From an uncultured Chloroflexia bacterium (lineage in GTDB: Bacteria; Chloroflexota; Limnocylindria; QHBO01): a stretch of 64,000 bases of DNA. The translations under genes were made by a program, and so were the position numbers. Where the stretch lies: contig CAWAOJ010000002.1 in assembly GCA_963783725.1 (NCBI GenBank), positions 2,153,662 to 2,217,661 of the forward strand. Reading direction: 5' to 3'. Below are positions 20,081-29,924 of the stretch, piece by piece; the stretch's first letter is position 1, and the number at the start of each line of letters is the position of its first letter. Below the pieces are notes generated by a model, which worked only from the letters and a program-made list of their open reading frames with translations, made no database searches and was not told where the DNA came from.

Positions 20081-21130
20081 CTAGGCCGACACGAGCGCGG
20101 CACGCGCGGCCGCGTCCTCGCCGCTGGTGCGAGCGATGAGGTCCACGTAGGCGTCCTCGAGCGTGGGCTCGCGGGTGACGACCTTGCCGATGCGGGTCTC
20201 GCCCAGCAGCCCGATGAGCCGCTGCGTGATCGCCGCGCCCTGCTCGGACTGCACCAGCAGGATCTCGGACTGCTCGCGCTCCTCGGTGTTGACCGCGATC
20301 ACGTCGGGGTCGCGGCGGATGCCGTCGACCACCTCGGCCGACACGCCGAACGTCTCGATCTCGACGATGGTGCGGTTGGCGATGCCGGCCTTCAGGTTCG
20401 CGCCCGTCCCCTCGGCCACGATTCGGCCGTCGTTGATGACCGCGATGCGGTCGCACAGCGCGTCGGCCTCGAACATGTAGTGGGTGGTGAGCAGGACCGT
20501 CTTCCCGGCGCGCACCAGCTCCCTGACCGTCTGGCGCAGCTCGCGGGCGCCGACCGGGTCGAGGCCGATGGATGGCTCGTCCAGGAAGAGCACCTCCGGG
20601 TCGTGCAGCAGCCCGCGGGCGATGTGCAGCCGCTGGCGCATGCCACGGCTGTAGCCCTCGACCTTCTCGCGGATGCGGTCCGTCAGCCCGACCATCTCGA
20701 CCAGCTCCTCGATGCGCCGCCGCTGCTGCGCGGGATCGACGCCGTACAGCTCGGCGAAGTAGCGCAGGTTGTCGAAGCCGCTGACGCGGTCGTACAGGCC
20801 GCGGTCGCCGCCGAACACGTAGCCGATGCGGCGCCGGACCAGCTCCGTCTCGGCCACGACGTCGTGCCCCATCACGCGCGCCGTGCCGCTCGTCGGCAGC
20901 AGCAGCGTGATCAGCATCTTGATGGTGGTCGTCTTGCCGGCCCCGTTCGGGCCCAGCAGGCCGAAGAGCTCGCCGGGCCGCACCTCGAAGCTCACCCCGC
21001 GCACGGCCGGCACGTCGAGGCGCCGGCGCCGCAGGACGCCGAGGTGCGTGCGGTACGTGCGCACCAGGTCGATGGCCTCGATGGCATAGCCGCTCGCGGG
21101 CACGGAGGGTCCGTGGCTGGTCTGCGTCAT
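20081..21130 (-). CDS. ABC transporter ATP-binding protein (DrrA-like)
   Basis: 'GPNGAGKTT', 'YSRGM', 'FLDEP', 'LTTH'. Confidence 0.93.
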   Translation of the reverse strand: MTQTSHGPSVPASGYAIEAIDLVRTYRTHLGVLRRRRLDVPAVRGVSFEVRPGELFGLLGPNGAGKTTTIKMLITLLLPTSGTARVMGHDVVAETELVRRRIGYVFGGDRGLYDRVSGFDNLRYFAELYGVDPAQQRRRIEELVEMVGLTDRIREKVEGYSRGMRQRLHIARGLLHDPEVLFLDEPSIGLDPVGARELRQTVRELVRAGKTVLLTTHYMFEADALCDRIAVINDGRIVAEGTGANLKAGIANRTIVEIETFGVSAEVVDGIRRDPDVIAVNTEEREQSEILLVQSEQGAAITQRLIGLLGETRIGKVVTREPTLEDAYVDLIARTSGEDAAARAALVSA

Positions 21131-21221
21131 GGGAGCGGCGATTCTACCGCTCCGGTCCCGTGGCGGCGAGCCGGCCGGCAGCAGCCGCCAGTCCACGTGC
21201 ATCGCGATCGGCCTCCGGAGA

Positions 21222-21260
21222 TGACGCGGCCTTATCGCTGCTGCCGATGATCCGGCGTCA
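21222..21260 (+). repeat. solo copy of the 39-bp palindrome
   Basis: TGACGCG-GCCT-TATCGCT-GCT-GCCGATG-ATCC-GGCGTCA; same length and layout as the array cores. Confidence 0.8.
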
Positions 21261-21449
21261 GAGCTCGGTCTCTGCGTCCGGGTTGTCGGCCGGCATGCGC
21301 ATCGGTGCGTCGTCGGGCGAGGCGCCCGGGGCATCGAGCGGCTGCACCTCGGGATCGAGGCCGCCCGGGGGCAGGTCCGGATCGGGCTCGCGAATGTCGG
21401 GCTTGTCCGGGTACTCGTCCGTATCGGGCGGAATGTTCGGAATGGTCAT
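21258..21449 (-). CDS. small acidic proline-rich protein (63 aa)
   Basis: GAGG RBS; 'MTIPNIPPDTDEYPDKPDIREPDPDLPPGG...'; GC-rich third codon positions. Confidence 0.6.
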   Translation of the reverse strand: MTIPNIPPDTDEYPDKPDIREPDPDLPPGGLDPEVQPLDAPGASPDDAPMRMPADNPDAETEL

Positions 21450-21481
21450 GGCGAGACCTCGAAAGCAGCCTGCGTGCCCGG

Positions 21482-22486
21482 TCAGAACCAGTCCTTCGCC
21501 TTGAAGTAGACCGCGGTGCCGACCATCATCACCAGCATCGCCGCCACCGTGATCGCGAGCGCCAACGGCGAGTGCAGGCCGGGCAGCGCGGTGAAGTTCA
21601 TGCCGTAGAAGCTGGCCACCAGGGTGGGCAGCATCAGCACCACCGTGAACGCGGTGAGTCGCTTCATGACCGCGTTGAGGGTGTTGCTGGTGACGCTCAG
21701 GTTCGCGTCCAGGGCCGATGTGACGAGGTCGCGGTAGAGGTCCAGCGCGTCGAGCACGCGCACGAGGTGGTCGTACAGGTCCTGGTAGTAGGGCGCCGCC
21801 TCGTCGTCGAGCTCCTCCACGTGGCGCCTGAGCAGCGCGTTGGCGACCTCGCGCTGCGGGGCGAGCACGCGCCGCAGCTCGAGCAGCTCGCGCTTGATGG
21901 TGAGCACCTCGCGCAGCGTGGAGCTTCCCTGCTGCCCGTTGACGATGTCGTCCTCCAGCGCGTCGATGCGGTCCGAGAGCCGATCGAGCAGCGGGAAGTA
22001 GCCGTCGACCACCGCGTCCAGGATGGCGTAGAGCAGCGCGCCGATGGAGTGGCCCACGGCGGCCACCCGTTCCTCGAAGCGCTCGCGCACGTCCTCCAGC
22101 GCGGGTGACGCGCCCCAGTGCACGCTGACCAGGTGCCGGGCGCTGGCGAACAGGTGCAGCTCGGCCAGGTCGAAGTCGGTCGCGGGGCGCGTGCCGCTGC
22201 CATCGGTCCTGATCTCGTAGGTCACGATCACGTGCTGGTCGCGGTACGTGTCGATCTTGGGTCGCTGGCGTCGCTTCTCGAGGTCCTCGACGGCCAGCGC
22301 GTGCAGCTTCAGCTCGCCCTGCAGCAGGCGGACGTCCTCCGGACGTGGATCGGTGATGTCGAGCCAGACGAGGTTGCCCGGCTCCTCGAGCAGCCGGTCG
22401 AGCTGGTCCAGGTGCCCCTGGTCCACCTGGCGCAGCGTCCCGTCGTGCTGCAGCACCAGGCACCTGACCGCAGAGGTGGCGCTCAT
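21482..22486 (-). CDS. corA: magnesium/cobalt transporter CorA family
   Basis: 'VWLDI', 'HALAVED', 'QRPKID', 'YGMNF' signature and two C-terminal TM helices. Confidence 0.92.
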   Translation of the reverse strand: MSATSAVRCLVLQHDGTLRQVDQGHLDQLDRLLEEPGNLVWLDITDPRPEDVRLLQGELKLHALAVEDLEKRRQRPKIDTYRDQHVIVTYEIRTDGSGTRPATDFDLAELHLFASARHLVSVHWGASPALEDVRERFEERVAAVGHSIGALLYAILDAVVDGYFPLLDRLSDRIDALEDDIVNGQQGSSTLREVLTIKRELLELRRVLAPQREVANALLRRHVEELDDEAAPYYQDLYDHLVRVLDALDLYRDLVTSALDANLSVTSNTLNAVMKRLTAFTVVLMLPTLVASFYGMNFTALPGLHSPLALAITVAAMLVMMVGTAVYFKAKDWF

Positions 22487-22547
22487 GCGGCGCAGTCTAT
22501 GCCCGCCTATGCTGGCTCGGTATGCAACCTGCTCCACCGGCCGCGTG

Positions 22548-23504
22548 ATGCGAACGCTCCTCCGTGTCCTCGCTGCAGGTGCCGCCCTGGGCGCCGCGCT
22601 CTCCGCCGCGCTGCTCTTCCTCGGCCGACGCTGGCGCCGGCGCGCCGAGGTGCGTCTGGCGCTCGGCAGCGTGGTGGCGCAGACGGCGCGGGGGCCGATC
22701 GAGTACGCGATCCTCGGCGAGGGCGAGCCGGCCATCGTCTTCCACGGCACGCCCGGCGGCTACGACCAGGCGATCGCGGTCGGCGAGGCGGTGCGCAGCG
22801 CGCGGCTGCGGATCATCGCGCCCAGCCGCCCCGGCTACCTCCGCACGCCCATCGCGACCGGCCGCACGCCGTCCGAGCAGGCAGCCGCCGCCGCGGCGCT
22901 CCTCGACGAGATGGACGTCGGCTGCGTCGCGGTGATCGCCATCTCGGGCGGCGGGCCGGCCGCGGTCGCCTTCGCCACCGAGCATCCGGACCGCGTCTCG
23001 CGGCTCGCCCTGTGGGGCGCGGTCACCTCGCGCATGGACTTCGACACCGACCGGCTGACGAATGGCGCGCTGACGCGCGACGCCGTCGCCTGGGGCCTGC
23101 TCACCGCCGTCGAGCTTGCGCCGCGCGCGTTCGTCCCGGCGCACGTGGCCGCGGACGCGCGCGCGGTGGACCTGGTCGGGACGAGCATGGCCTGCGCCTT
23201 CCCGCTCGACCTGCGACGCGACGGGATCGACAACGATGCGCGGCAGATGGCGCTCCTGCCGTCGCTTCCGCTCGAGCAGATCGGCGTCCCGACGCTGATC
23301 GTGCACGGCACCGCGGACGAGCGCGTCGAGGTCGAGCAATCGAAGCTCGCCGCGCAGCGAATCCCCGGCGCGCGGCTGGTGCTGGTGGAGGGAGGGACGC
23401 AGCTGTCGACGCTCATCGCCGCGGAGGCGATCGACGCCGTCAGCACCTTCCTGGCGCAGGCGCGGGCCGGTGAGCCGCAGCCGGCGGACGTCGCGAACCG
23501 ATGA
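22548..23504 (+). CDS. alpha/beta hydrolase with N-terminal membrane anchor
   Basis: 'HGTPGG', 'SRPGY', nucleophile elbow 'AISGG', 'HGTADE'. Confidence 0.87.
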   Translation: MRTLLRVLAAGAALGAALSAALLFLGRRWRRRAEVRLALGSVVAQTARGPIEYAILGEGEPAIVFHGTPGGYDQAIAVGEAVRSARLRIIAPSRPGYLRTPIATGRTPSEQAAAAAALLDEMDVGCVAVIAISGGGPAAVAFATEHPDRVSRLALWGAVTSRMDFDTDRLTNGALTRDAVAWGLLTAVELAPRAFVPAHVAADARAVDLVGTSMACAFPLDLRRDGIDNDARQMALLPSLPLEQIGVPTLIVHGTADERVEVEQSKLAAQRIPGARLVLVEGGTQLSTLIAAEAIDAVSTFLAQARAGEPQPADVANR

Positions 23505-23995
23505 CCGACTCCTGGCTGCCGGAGCCGGTGCAGCGACTCCTCGATGCGGCGCTGGTCAGCGAGCTGACCGTCATCCGCGCCGACGGACGGCCGGTCACCC
23601 ACCCGCTCATCCCGCTCTGGGACGGCCGCCACGTGCTCATGCACTCGAGCACCCTGTTCAGCAGGAAGCTCGAGCACATCAAGGCGAACCCGCGCGTCTC
23701 GGTCGCGCTGTCAGACCCGGTCGGCAACCGGGGGCTCACCGACCGCGCCACGATCCAGGGCGACGCGCGGGTCATCGAGGACGACCCGCATCGGCAATGG
23801 GAGCGGCTGATCCTGCAGCTGTGGCGCGCCAAGGAGCCCTCGATCGACGACTTCCTCAAGGCCAGGGTGGCGCTGCCGCTCTTCTTCGAGCGGGCGGTGA
23901 TCGAGATCACGCCGCGGCGCTGCCTGTACTGGGCGGGCGGCGACACCTCGCTGCCCCCGGTCGTCACCGACGCCCCCGCCGAGGCCGCGGCATGA
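23501..23995 (+). CDS. pyridoxamine 5'-phosphate oxidase (PPOX/FDOR) family split-barrel protein
   Basis: 'LTVIRADGRP', 'RKLEHIKANPRVSV', 'IQGDARV', 'RAVIEITP'. Confidence 0.85.
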   Translation: MTDSWLPEPVQRLLDAALVSELTVIRADGRPVTHPLIPLWDGRHVLMHSSTLFSRKLEHIKANPRVSVALSDPVGNRGLTDRATIQGDARVIEDDPHRQWERLILQLWRAKEPSIDDFLKARVALPLFFERAVIEITPRRCLYWAGGDTSLPPVVTDAPAEAAA

Positions 23996-25323
23996 ATGTC
24001 GCCGAGGGCCTGGAGCGCATCGCCACCTTCCCGCACGTCGTGGTCTCCTGGGTCGGCGACGACGGCTATCCGGTCAGCGTCGCCACCAGCTTCCGGACCG
24101 ATGCGGACCGCCTGCTGCTCGCCGCGCCGGCGCTCGAGATCCCGACCGGGCGCGAGCTGGTCGTGGTCGGCAGCCACATCCGCCCGCAGCCGGGGATCGG
24201 CTACGACGAGCGCCGGTACGTCTCGCTGTGGGGCACCGCCGCGGTCAGCGGCGAGGGGCTGGCCTTCACGCCGCGTCGCGCGTGGGGCTGGGACGAGCAG
24301 CGCATGCCGTTCTTCGAGTACTCGGAGCGCTCGGTGCCGCAATCGAAGCGCTACCTGGCCCGGCTCTCGGAGGAGCGGGGCGAGACGGTCAGGCCGCGCC
24401 TGGCGCTCGGCTGGCTGGCGCTGCGCACCACCCGCCTGCCGTTCCTGACCGCCACCTTCGTGCCCGTCCTGCTCGGGCTCGCCATCGCGGCGCGGCACGG
24501 CGCCTTCGACTGGCTGACCGCGCTGATCACGCTGATCGGCGCGAGCTTCGCTCATCTCGCCATCAACGTCACCAACGACATCTTCGACGAGGCGTCCGGC
24601 GCCGATGCGGCGAATGCCAACCCGACCCAGTTCAGCGGCGGCTCGCGCGTCGTCTTCTACGGCCTGCTCTCGATGCGCCAGCTGGTCCTCGTGGCATCGG
24701 CCCTTTACCTCGCGGCGATCGTCACCGGCCTCCTGCTGCTGGCGCTGCGCCCGTCGATGGCATTGCTGCTCATCGGCCTGGCGGGCGTGGTCGTCGGCTA
24801 CTCGTACACCGGCCCGCCGCTCAAGCTCGTCTATCGCGGGCTGGGCGAGATCGCGGTGGCCATCGGCTTCGGGCCGATCATGCTGCTCGGCGCCTACGTG
24901 GTGCAGACGGGGCGCCTCGCCATCGAGCCGCTGGTGGCGTCGCTGCCGGTGGCGATCCTCATCTCCCTGATCCTGTACGTCAACGAGATCCCCGACCGCC
25001 GTTCCGACGCGGTGGCCGGCAAGCGGACGCTCGTCGTGCGGCTGTCTCCCTCGACCGTCCGTCGCATCTACGCGGTCGCCGCGGCGCTGGCCTTCGCGCT
25101 GATCGTCGCCGGGGTGCTGCTCGGCATCCTGCCCTGGGCCACGCTGCTGGCCCTCGCCGCGCTGCCGCTGGCGGTGAGCGTGCATCGTGGCATCGGGTTG
25201 CACTACGACAGCCCCTACACGCTGATGGCGGTGATGGGCACCAACGTCAAGCTGCACCTGTACACGGGCCTGCTGCTGCTGACCGGCTACCTGGTCACGC
25301 TGGCGGTGACGCTGCTCAGCTGA
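23992..25323 (+). CDS. menA: MenA-like UbiA-family prenyltransferase with an N-terminal split-barrel-like domain
   Basis: 'TRLPFLTA', 'NDIFDEASGAD', 'FSGGSR', 'YTGPP..L.YRGLGE', 'NEIPDRRSDAVAGKRTL'; extra ~125-aa N-terminus in the same frame. Confidence 0.8.
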   Translation: MNVAEGLERIATFPHVVVSWVGDDGYPVSVATSFRTDADRLLLAAPALEIPTGRELVVVGSHIRPQPGIGYDERRYVSLWGTAAVSGEGLAFTPRRAWGWDEQRMPFFEYSERSVPQSKRYLARLSEERGETVRPRLALGWLALRTTRLPFLTATFVPVLLGLAIAARHGAFDWLTALITLIGASFAHLAINVTNDIFDEASGADAANANPTQFSGGSRVVFYGLLSMRQLVLVASALYLAAIVTGLLLLALRPSMALLLIGLAGVVVGYSYTGPPLKLVYRGLGEIAVAIGFGPIMLLGAYVVQTGRLAIEPLVASLPVAILISLILYVNEIPDRRSDAVAGKRTLVVRLSPSTVRRIYAVAAALAFALIVAGVLLGILPWATLLALAALPLAVSVHRGIGLHYDSPYTLMAVMGTNVKLHLYTGLLLLTGYLVTLAVTLLS

Positions 25324-25356
25324 CCTTCGGGCGCGCGTGGCGTGCCGCCCGCTGCC

Positions 25357-26310
25357 TCAGGCCGGCGCCTCGTCCAGCACGGCCGATGCGCGATCGCGCG
25401 CCTCGCCGCTGCCGAGCTCGATGGTGCCGTGCAGCACGAACGAGCGCACCTGCAGCGCCGGCCGCGAGCCGCGCGCCCAGCTGAGCGTGCCTCGCGTCAC
25501 CGAGCTCCACATGTCGCGGCGGATGGCGAACGTTTCCCGCCGGCCGTCGGCGTCGGTCTCCAGCAGCAGCTCAACGCGCCCCTGCGGAGAGCGGCCGAGA
25601 CGAGCGTGCTCGGGCGCGATGGTCAGCACGCGCCCAGTCCGCTTGAGCTCGCCGTGCACACGGACCGGCAGCCACTCGCCGTCGCGCAGCGGCGTGACGC
25701 TCGGCGTGCGACGCGCCGCTGCGAAGACCGGGTACCCCACCCGACGCCCGATGAGCAGGCCGGCACACAGGATCACGCACAGCCAGACCGGCAGCCAGTT
25801 CATGGTCGACTCCGGGAACGGCACGTCGTCCACCAGCACCTGCACGTTTTCGGCGACCCGAACCCCGTCCAGCAGGCCCGCCGGCGCAAGGCGCCGCACG
25901 ACGTCGCCGGAGCCCGGGACGCGCTCCGGGGCGCCGGTCACCGACCGCCGATCCTCGATCGGACGCCGCGAGCCGAGCAGCAGCGCGTGGCCTTCCCCGT
26001 CGAGCAGGACGGACGTCACGGCGTACCCCGCCTGGCTGGTCCGGTCGTCGCGCAGCGTGACGACCCGGCCCCGAACTCGGACGCTGGTGACCAGCGCCGA
26101 CAGGCCCGACTCGAGCTCGGGGACGCGCACTTCCTGCGGGCTCACGCGCGATGCCTCGCCGAAGGCCGGCACCGCGGCCGCGACGAGCAGCAGCAGCACC
26201 ACCGCCCACACGCCGGACGCGTGCAGGCCGATGCGGGTCATGACCGGCCTCAGCCACTCGTCGATGCGAGCGGCGGCGAAGCCGAGTAGGGCGAGGAATC
26301 GATGCAGCAT
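25357..26310 (-). CDS. hypothetical membrane protein
   Basis: 317-aa ORF with two hydrophobic segments; fills the gap between flanking genes. Confidence 0.6.
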   Translation of the reverse strand: MLHRFLALLGFAAARIDEWLRPVMTRIGLHASGVWAVVLLLLVAAAVPAFGEASRVSPQEVRVPELESGLSALVTSVRVRGRVVTLRDDRTSQAGYAVTSVLLDGEGHALLLGSRRPIEDRRSVTGAPERVPGSGDVVRRLAPAGLLDGVRVAENVQVLVDDVPFPESTMNWLPVWLCVILCAGLLIGRRVGYPVFAAARRTPSVTPLRDGEWLPVRVHGELKRTGRVLTIAPEHARLGRSPQGRVELLLETDADGRRETFAIRRDMWSSVTRGTLSWARGSRPALQVRSFVLHGTIELGSGEARDRASAVLDEAPA

Positions 26311-26351
26311 GGCGGCGGATGATGCTACCTGCTCCCACGTAGCATGCGCGG

Positions 26352-27893
26352 ATGCAGCGACGGACCTGGACGCTGGTGGCGGTCGTGCTCGGGTCGGGGA
26401 TCGTCTTTCTCGACTCGACCGTGGTCAACGTCGCGCTGGACCACATCGGTCGCGACCTGCCGTCGACCTACGTCGCGCCGCTCGAGGGGCAGTCGTACGT
26501 CGTCTTCGGCTACCTGCTGACCCTCTCCGCCCTCCTCATCCTCGCCGGATCGCTGGCCGACGTCCACGGGCGACGCCGCATGTTCCTGATCGGCCTGGCC
26601 GGCTTCGGCGTCAGCTCGGTGCTGTGCGGGGTGGCGCCCACCATGGAGCTGCTCGTCCTCTTCCGCCTGCTGCAGGGCGCGTTCGGCGCCCTGCTGGTGC
26701 CGACCTCGCTGGCGCTGATCAGCGCCACGTTCGAGGGCGAGGAGCGCGGCCGCGCCTTCGGCATCTGGGCCGCGGCGTCGGGCGCGACGACGCTGTTCGG
26801 CCCGCCGCTGGGCGGCTTCCTGGTGGACGCGGTGAGCTGGCGGGTCGTCTTCCTGATCAACGTGCCGCTGGTGCTGCTGGGCCTGTACGCCGGTGCCGCG
26901 CACGTCGCGGAGAGCCGAGACCCCGACGCCGAGGGCCGCTTCGACTGGCTGGGCGCCGCCGTGGTCGCCCTGGGCGTGGGGGGCCTCTCGTTCGGCGCGA
27001 TCCGCGGCCAGCAGCAGCAGTGGGCCGATCCGCTGGCGTGGATCGTCCTGGGCGTCGGCGCGGTCGCCACCATCGCGGCCGTGCCGCTGATGCTGAAGCG
27101 AGACCATCCGCTGATCCCGCCGCAGCTGTTCCGCTCGCGCAACTTCACGGTCACCAACATCTCCACGCTGCTGATCTACGGCGCGCTGTACGTGTTCGGC
27201 TACCTGAGCGCCATCTTCGTGCAGGGCACGCTCGGCTACACCGCGCTGTCGGCCGGCCTGATCGGCCTGCCGACCAGCGTCATGCTGACCCTCTTCTCGA
27301 CCAGCTCCGGCACGCTTGCGGCCCGATACGGTCCGCGCTGGTTCATGACGGTCGGGCCGGGGCTCATGGCGATCGGCCTGCTGTGGCTGGTTCGCATCCC
27401 GGCCGACTCGGCGCCGTGGCAGGCGGCGCTGAGCGCGCCGGCGACGCTGCTCCCCTCGGGCGGCTACTGGGTCGACCTGTTCCCCGCCGTCATCGCCTTC
27501 TCGGTGGGGCTGACGATCATGGTCGCCCCGCTGACCACCGCGCTCATGAACTCGGTCCCCGAGCGGAACGCCGGCATCGCGTCTGCCATCAACAACGCCG
27601 TCTCGCGCGTCGGGCCGCTGCTGGCCGGCGCGGTGATCTTCGTCGCCGTCACCGGGGCCTTCTATTCGGGGATGCAGGCGCGCGTGCCGGGCATGAACGT
27701 GGACGATCCCGCCCTCCGCCGGGAGCTGACCGCCTTCGCGCGCCCGCCGGCGGGCACCGATGCCGCACAGGCGGCCGCGGCGCACGCGGCATCGATCGAT
27801 GCCTTCCACCTGGCCATGCTGATCGCCGCGCTGGTGTGCGCGACCGGAGCGGCCGTCAACGGGGTGGGGATCCGCAACCAGCGGCGGCCCTAG
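26352..27893 (+). CDS. MFS transporter, DHA2/EmrB-like (14 TM)
   Basis: 'FLDSTVVNVAL', 'GSLADVHGRRR', 'RLLQG', 'WRVVFLINVP'. Confidence 0.92.
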   Translation: MQRRTWTLVAVVLGSGIVFLDSTVVNVALDHIGRDLPSTYVAPLEGQSYVVFGYLLTLSALLILAGSLADVHGRRRMFLIGLAGFGVSSVLCGVAPTMELLVLFRLLQGAFGALLVPTSLALISATFEGEERGRAFGIWAAASGATTLFGPPLGGFLVDAVSWRVVFLINVPLVLLGLYAGAAHVAESRDPDAEGRFDWLGAAVVALGVGGLSFGAIRGQQQQWADPLAWIVLGVGAVATIAAVPLMLKRDHPLIPPQLFRSRNFTVTNISTLLIYGALYVFGYLSAIFVQGTLGYTALSAGLIGLPTSVMLTLFSTSSGTLAARYGPRWFMTVGPGLMAIGLLWLVRIPADSAPWQAALSAPATLLPSGGYWVDLFPAVIAFSVGLTIMVAPLTTALMNSVPERNAGIASAINNAVSRVGPLLAGAVIFVAVTGAFYSGMQARVPGMNVDDPALRRELTAFARPPAGTDAAQAAAAHAASIDAFHLAMLIAALVCATGAAVNGVGIRNQRRP

Positions 27894-27907
27894 GCGGGCT
27901 GAGGCGC

Positions 27908-29125
27908 CTAGAAGATGAGCGGGCACCACGGCGCGACGTCCCGCCGCAGCATGGCGTCGAGCCGCGCCACCGCGCCGTGCGCGAGCTCCTCGAGCCGGCC
28001 GGCCGCCAGCAGCTGGGCGGCGCTCGCGCCGCCCAGGTAGAGAGCCGCCAGGTCGTCCACGCCGATCGCCACCTCCGCGGCGGCGCGGGTTCGTGTCGCC
28101 TCTCCGCGGCCGGACGACGACTCGAGCAGCCAGCGGCCCGCGTTCCAGCCGCAGGTCTCGTCTGCCACCTCGAGCACCACCCGCCCGTCGGCGGCGTAGC
28201 TGCGGCCATCCAATGCGGCGGGCACGTCGACCAGGCGCAGCCACAGACCGTCGCCGACCGTCACGCCCAGGCCGCGCGGCTCGCGGACCATCCACAGCAG
28301 CGGGGTGTCGATGGCCTGCGCTCGCGCGCGAACGGTTGCCACCAGGTCCACTCCGAAGAGGTAGGACCAGATCGCGCGGGTCGCCGCCGGCTCGGCGCCG
28401 AGCGCCTCGAGCACCATCAGCGTGGACTTCGGTCCGGCCGCGTCCCAGTCGTGCATCACTCGATAGCGTGCGTAGCCGTCCGGCGCCCCGTCGCGCTCGT
28501 GCACGACGTGGAACTGCTCCGTCCCGCCTCGTCGGAACCCCGGCAGGTCGGCGAAGACCTCCGCCTCCCAGAACCCGGGCGTTCGCGTGAAGAATCCGGG
28601 TCGGGTCGGCCGGACCAGCTCGTGCACCCGCGGCATCAGCGCGCGAGCCTCCTCGCCGTCCACCAGCCGAACGCCCTCCGCACCGCCGGGGTCGCGCAGC
28701 ACGGTCCGTCGCCGGTCCGCCGCGAATCCCAGGTTGAAGGTCGCCATCCCGTACCCGAAGCGACCGTAGATGGCCGCCTCGGAGGCCCACAGCCCGGCGA
28801 GTGGCTCGCCACGGGCGTGGATGTCGCCGAGCTGTCGCTTCATCAGCGCGGTCAGCACGCCGCGACGACGGTGCGTGGGGAGCACGCCGACCGCCGTGAC
28901 TCCGGCCATGGGCAGCTCGCCACCCGGCACAGTCAGCACCATGCTGAAGATGCCGGCGCCGCCGATCATCCGCTCGCTGTCGTAGGCGCCGATGGCGCGT
29001 TCCGGCTCGAAGGCGCGCTCGAATACGCGCAGCTCCTCCTCGTTGAAGTCCCCGCCGAAGGCCGCGTTCACGGTGCGGGCGTATTCCGCGGCGCCGCCGG
29101 CGAGCGGCCGTACCTCGATCTGCAT
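27908..29125 (-). CDS. Eis-like GNAT acetyltransferase with C-terminal SCP2-like domain
   Basis: 'VTAVGVLPTHRRRG', 'LWASEAAIYGRFGYG', 'LWLRLVDV', 'LAALYLGG'. Confidence 0.92.
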   Translation of the reverse strand: MQIEVRPLAGGAAEYARTVNAAFGGDFNEEELRVFERAFEPERAIGAYDSERMIGGAGIFSMVLTVPGGELPMAGVTAVGVLPTHRRRGVLTALMKRQLGDIHARGEPLAGLWASEAAIYGRFGYGMATFNLGFAADRRRTVLRDPGGAEGVRLVDGEEARALMPRVHELVRPTRPGFFTRTPGFWEAEVFADLPGFRRGGTEQFHVVHERDGAPDGYARYRVMHDWDAAGPKSTLMVLEALGAEPAATRAIWSYLFGVDLVATVRARAQAIDTPLLWMVREPRGLGVTVGDGLWLRLVDVPAALDGRSYAADGRVVLEVADETCGWNAGRWLLESSSGRGEATRTRAAAEVAIGVDDLAALYLGGASAAQLLAAGRLEELAHGAVARLDAMLRRDVAPWCPLIF

Positions 29126-29186
29126 CGCGCCGATTATCATCCGGCGGCAGGCCCCCAGGCAGCCCGCTTGCATCGAGGTCGGCGCC

Positions 29187-29924
29187 ATGTTTCCGATCGG
29201 TGATCAGAACGAGCCGGGTCGCGGCATCGCGTGGGTGACGCTCGCGCTCATCGCCGCCAACGTCATCGTCTTCCTGCTCCTGCAGCAGGGCGGCGCCGAC
29301 CAGGCGTTCACCTACGGCTACAGCGCCATCCCGTTCGAGGTCACGCACGGCGTCGACCTGGTCGGGCCCGTCTCCACCCCGGACGGGGTGATCCCCATGA
29401 CGCCCGGGCCGTCGCCGATCCAGCTCACCCTGCTGACCAGCCTGTTCATGCACGGCAGCTGGCTGCACATCGGCGGCAACATGCTCTTCCTGTGGATCTT
29501 CGGCGACAACGTCGAGCATCGGATGGGCGCCGTCGCGTACCTGCTCTTCTACCTCGCCGCGGGTGTCATCGCCTCGCTCGCCCAGATCATGCTCGACCCC
29601 GCCTCGCGGATCCCCACGCTCGGCGCATCGGGCGCCATCTCCGGCGTGCTGGGCGCGTACATCGTCCTCTACCCCACCAACCAGGTGACCGTCTTCGTGC
29701 TGCGCTTCCTGACCCGCGTTCCGGCGGTGGCCGCCATCGGGATCTGGATCGTCCTGCAGTTCCTGGACTTCGGCGCATCGGTCCAGAGCCAGCAGACGAG
29801 CGGCGGCGTGGCGTACATGGCGCACATCGGCGGCTTCGCCGCCGGCCTCCTGGTCGGCCTCGTCCTGCGCGCGGTGCGGCCGGAGCCGCCGCCTCCGCGC
29901 CGGCCGCTCGGCGCATGGCGCTGA
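29187..29924 (+). CDS. rhomboid family intramembrane serine protease
   Basis: 'MFPIGD', 'FMHGSWLHIGGNM', 'GASG', 'AYMAHIGG'. Confidence 0.93.
   Translation: MFPIGDQNEPGRGIAWVTLALIAANVIVFLLLQQGGADQAFTYGYSAIPFEVTHGVDLVGPVSTPDGVIPMTPGPSPIQLTLLTSLFMHGSWLHIGGNMLFLWIFGDNVEHRMGAVAYLLFYLAAGVIASLAQIMLDPASRIPTLGASGAISGVLGAYIVLYPTNQVTVFVLRFLTRVPAVAAIGIWIVLQFLDFGASVQSQQTSGGVAYMAHIGGFAAGLLVGLVLRAVRPEPPPPRRPLGAWR

Noticed and set aside
25337..29825. Very long ORFs of 1288 aa (+) and 1166 aa (-)
   Set aside because: They are Arg/Ala/Pro-rich shadow frames of high-GC genes (MFS, Eis, rhomboid).
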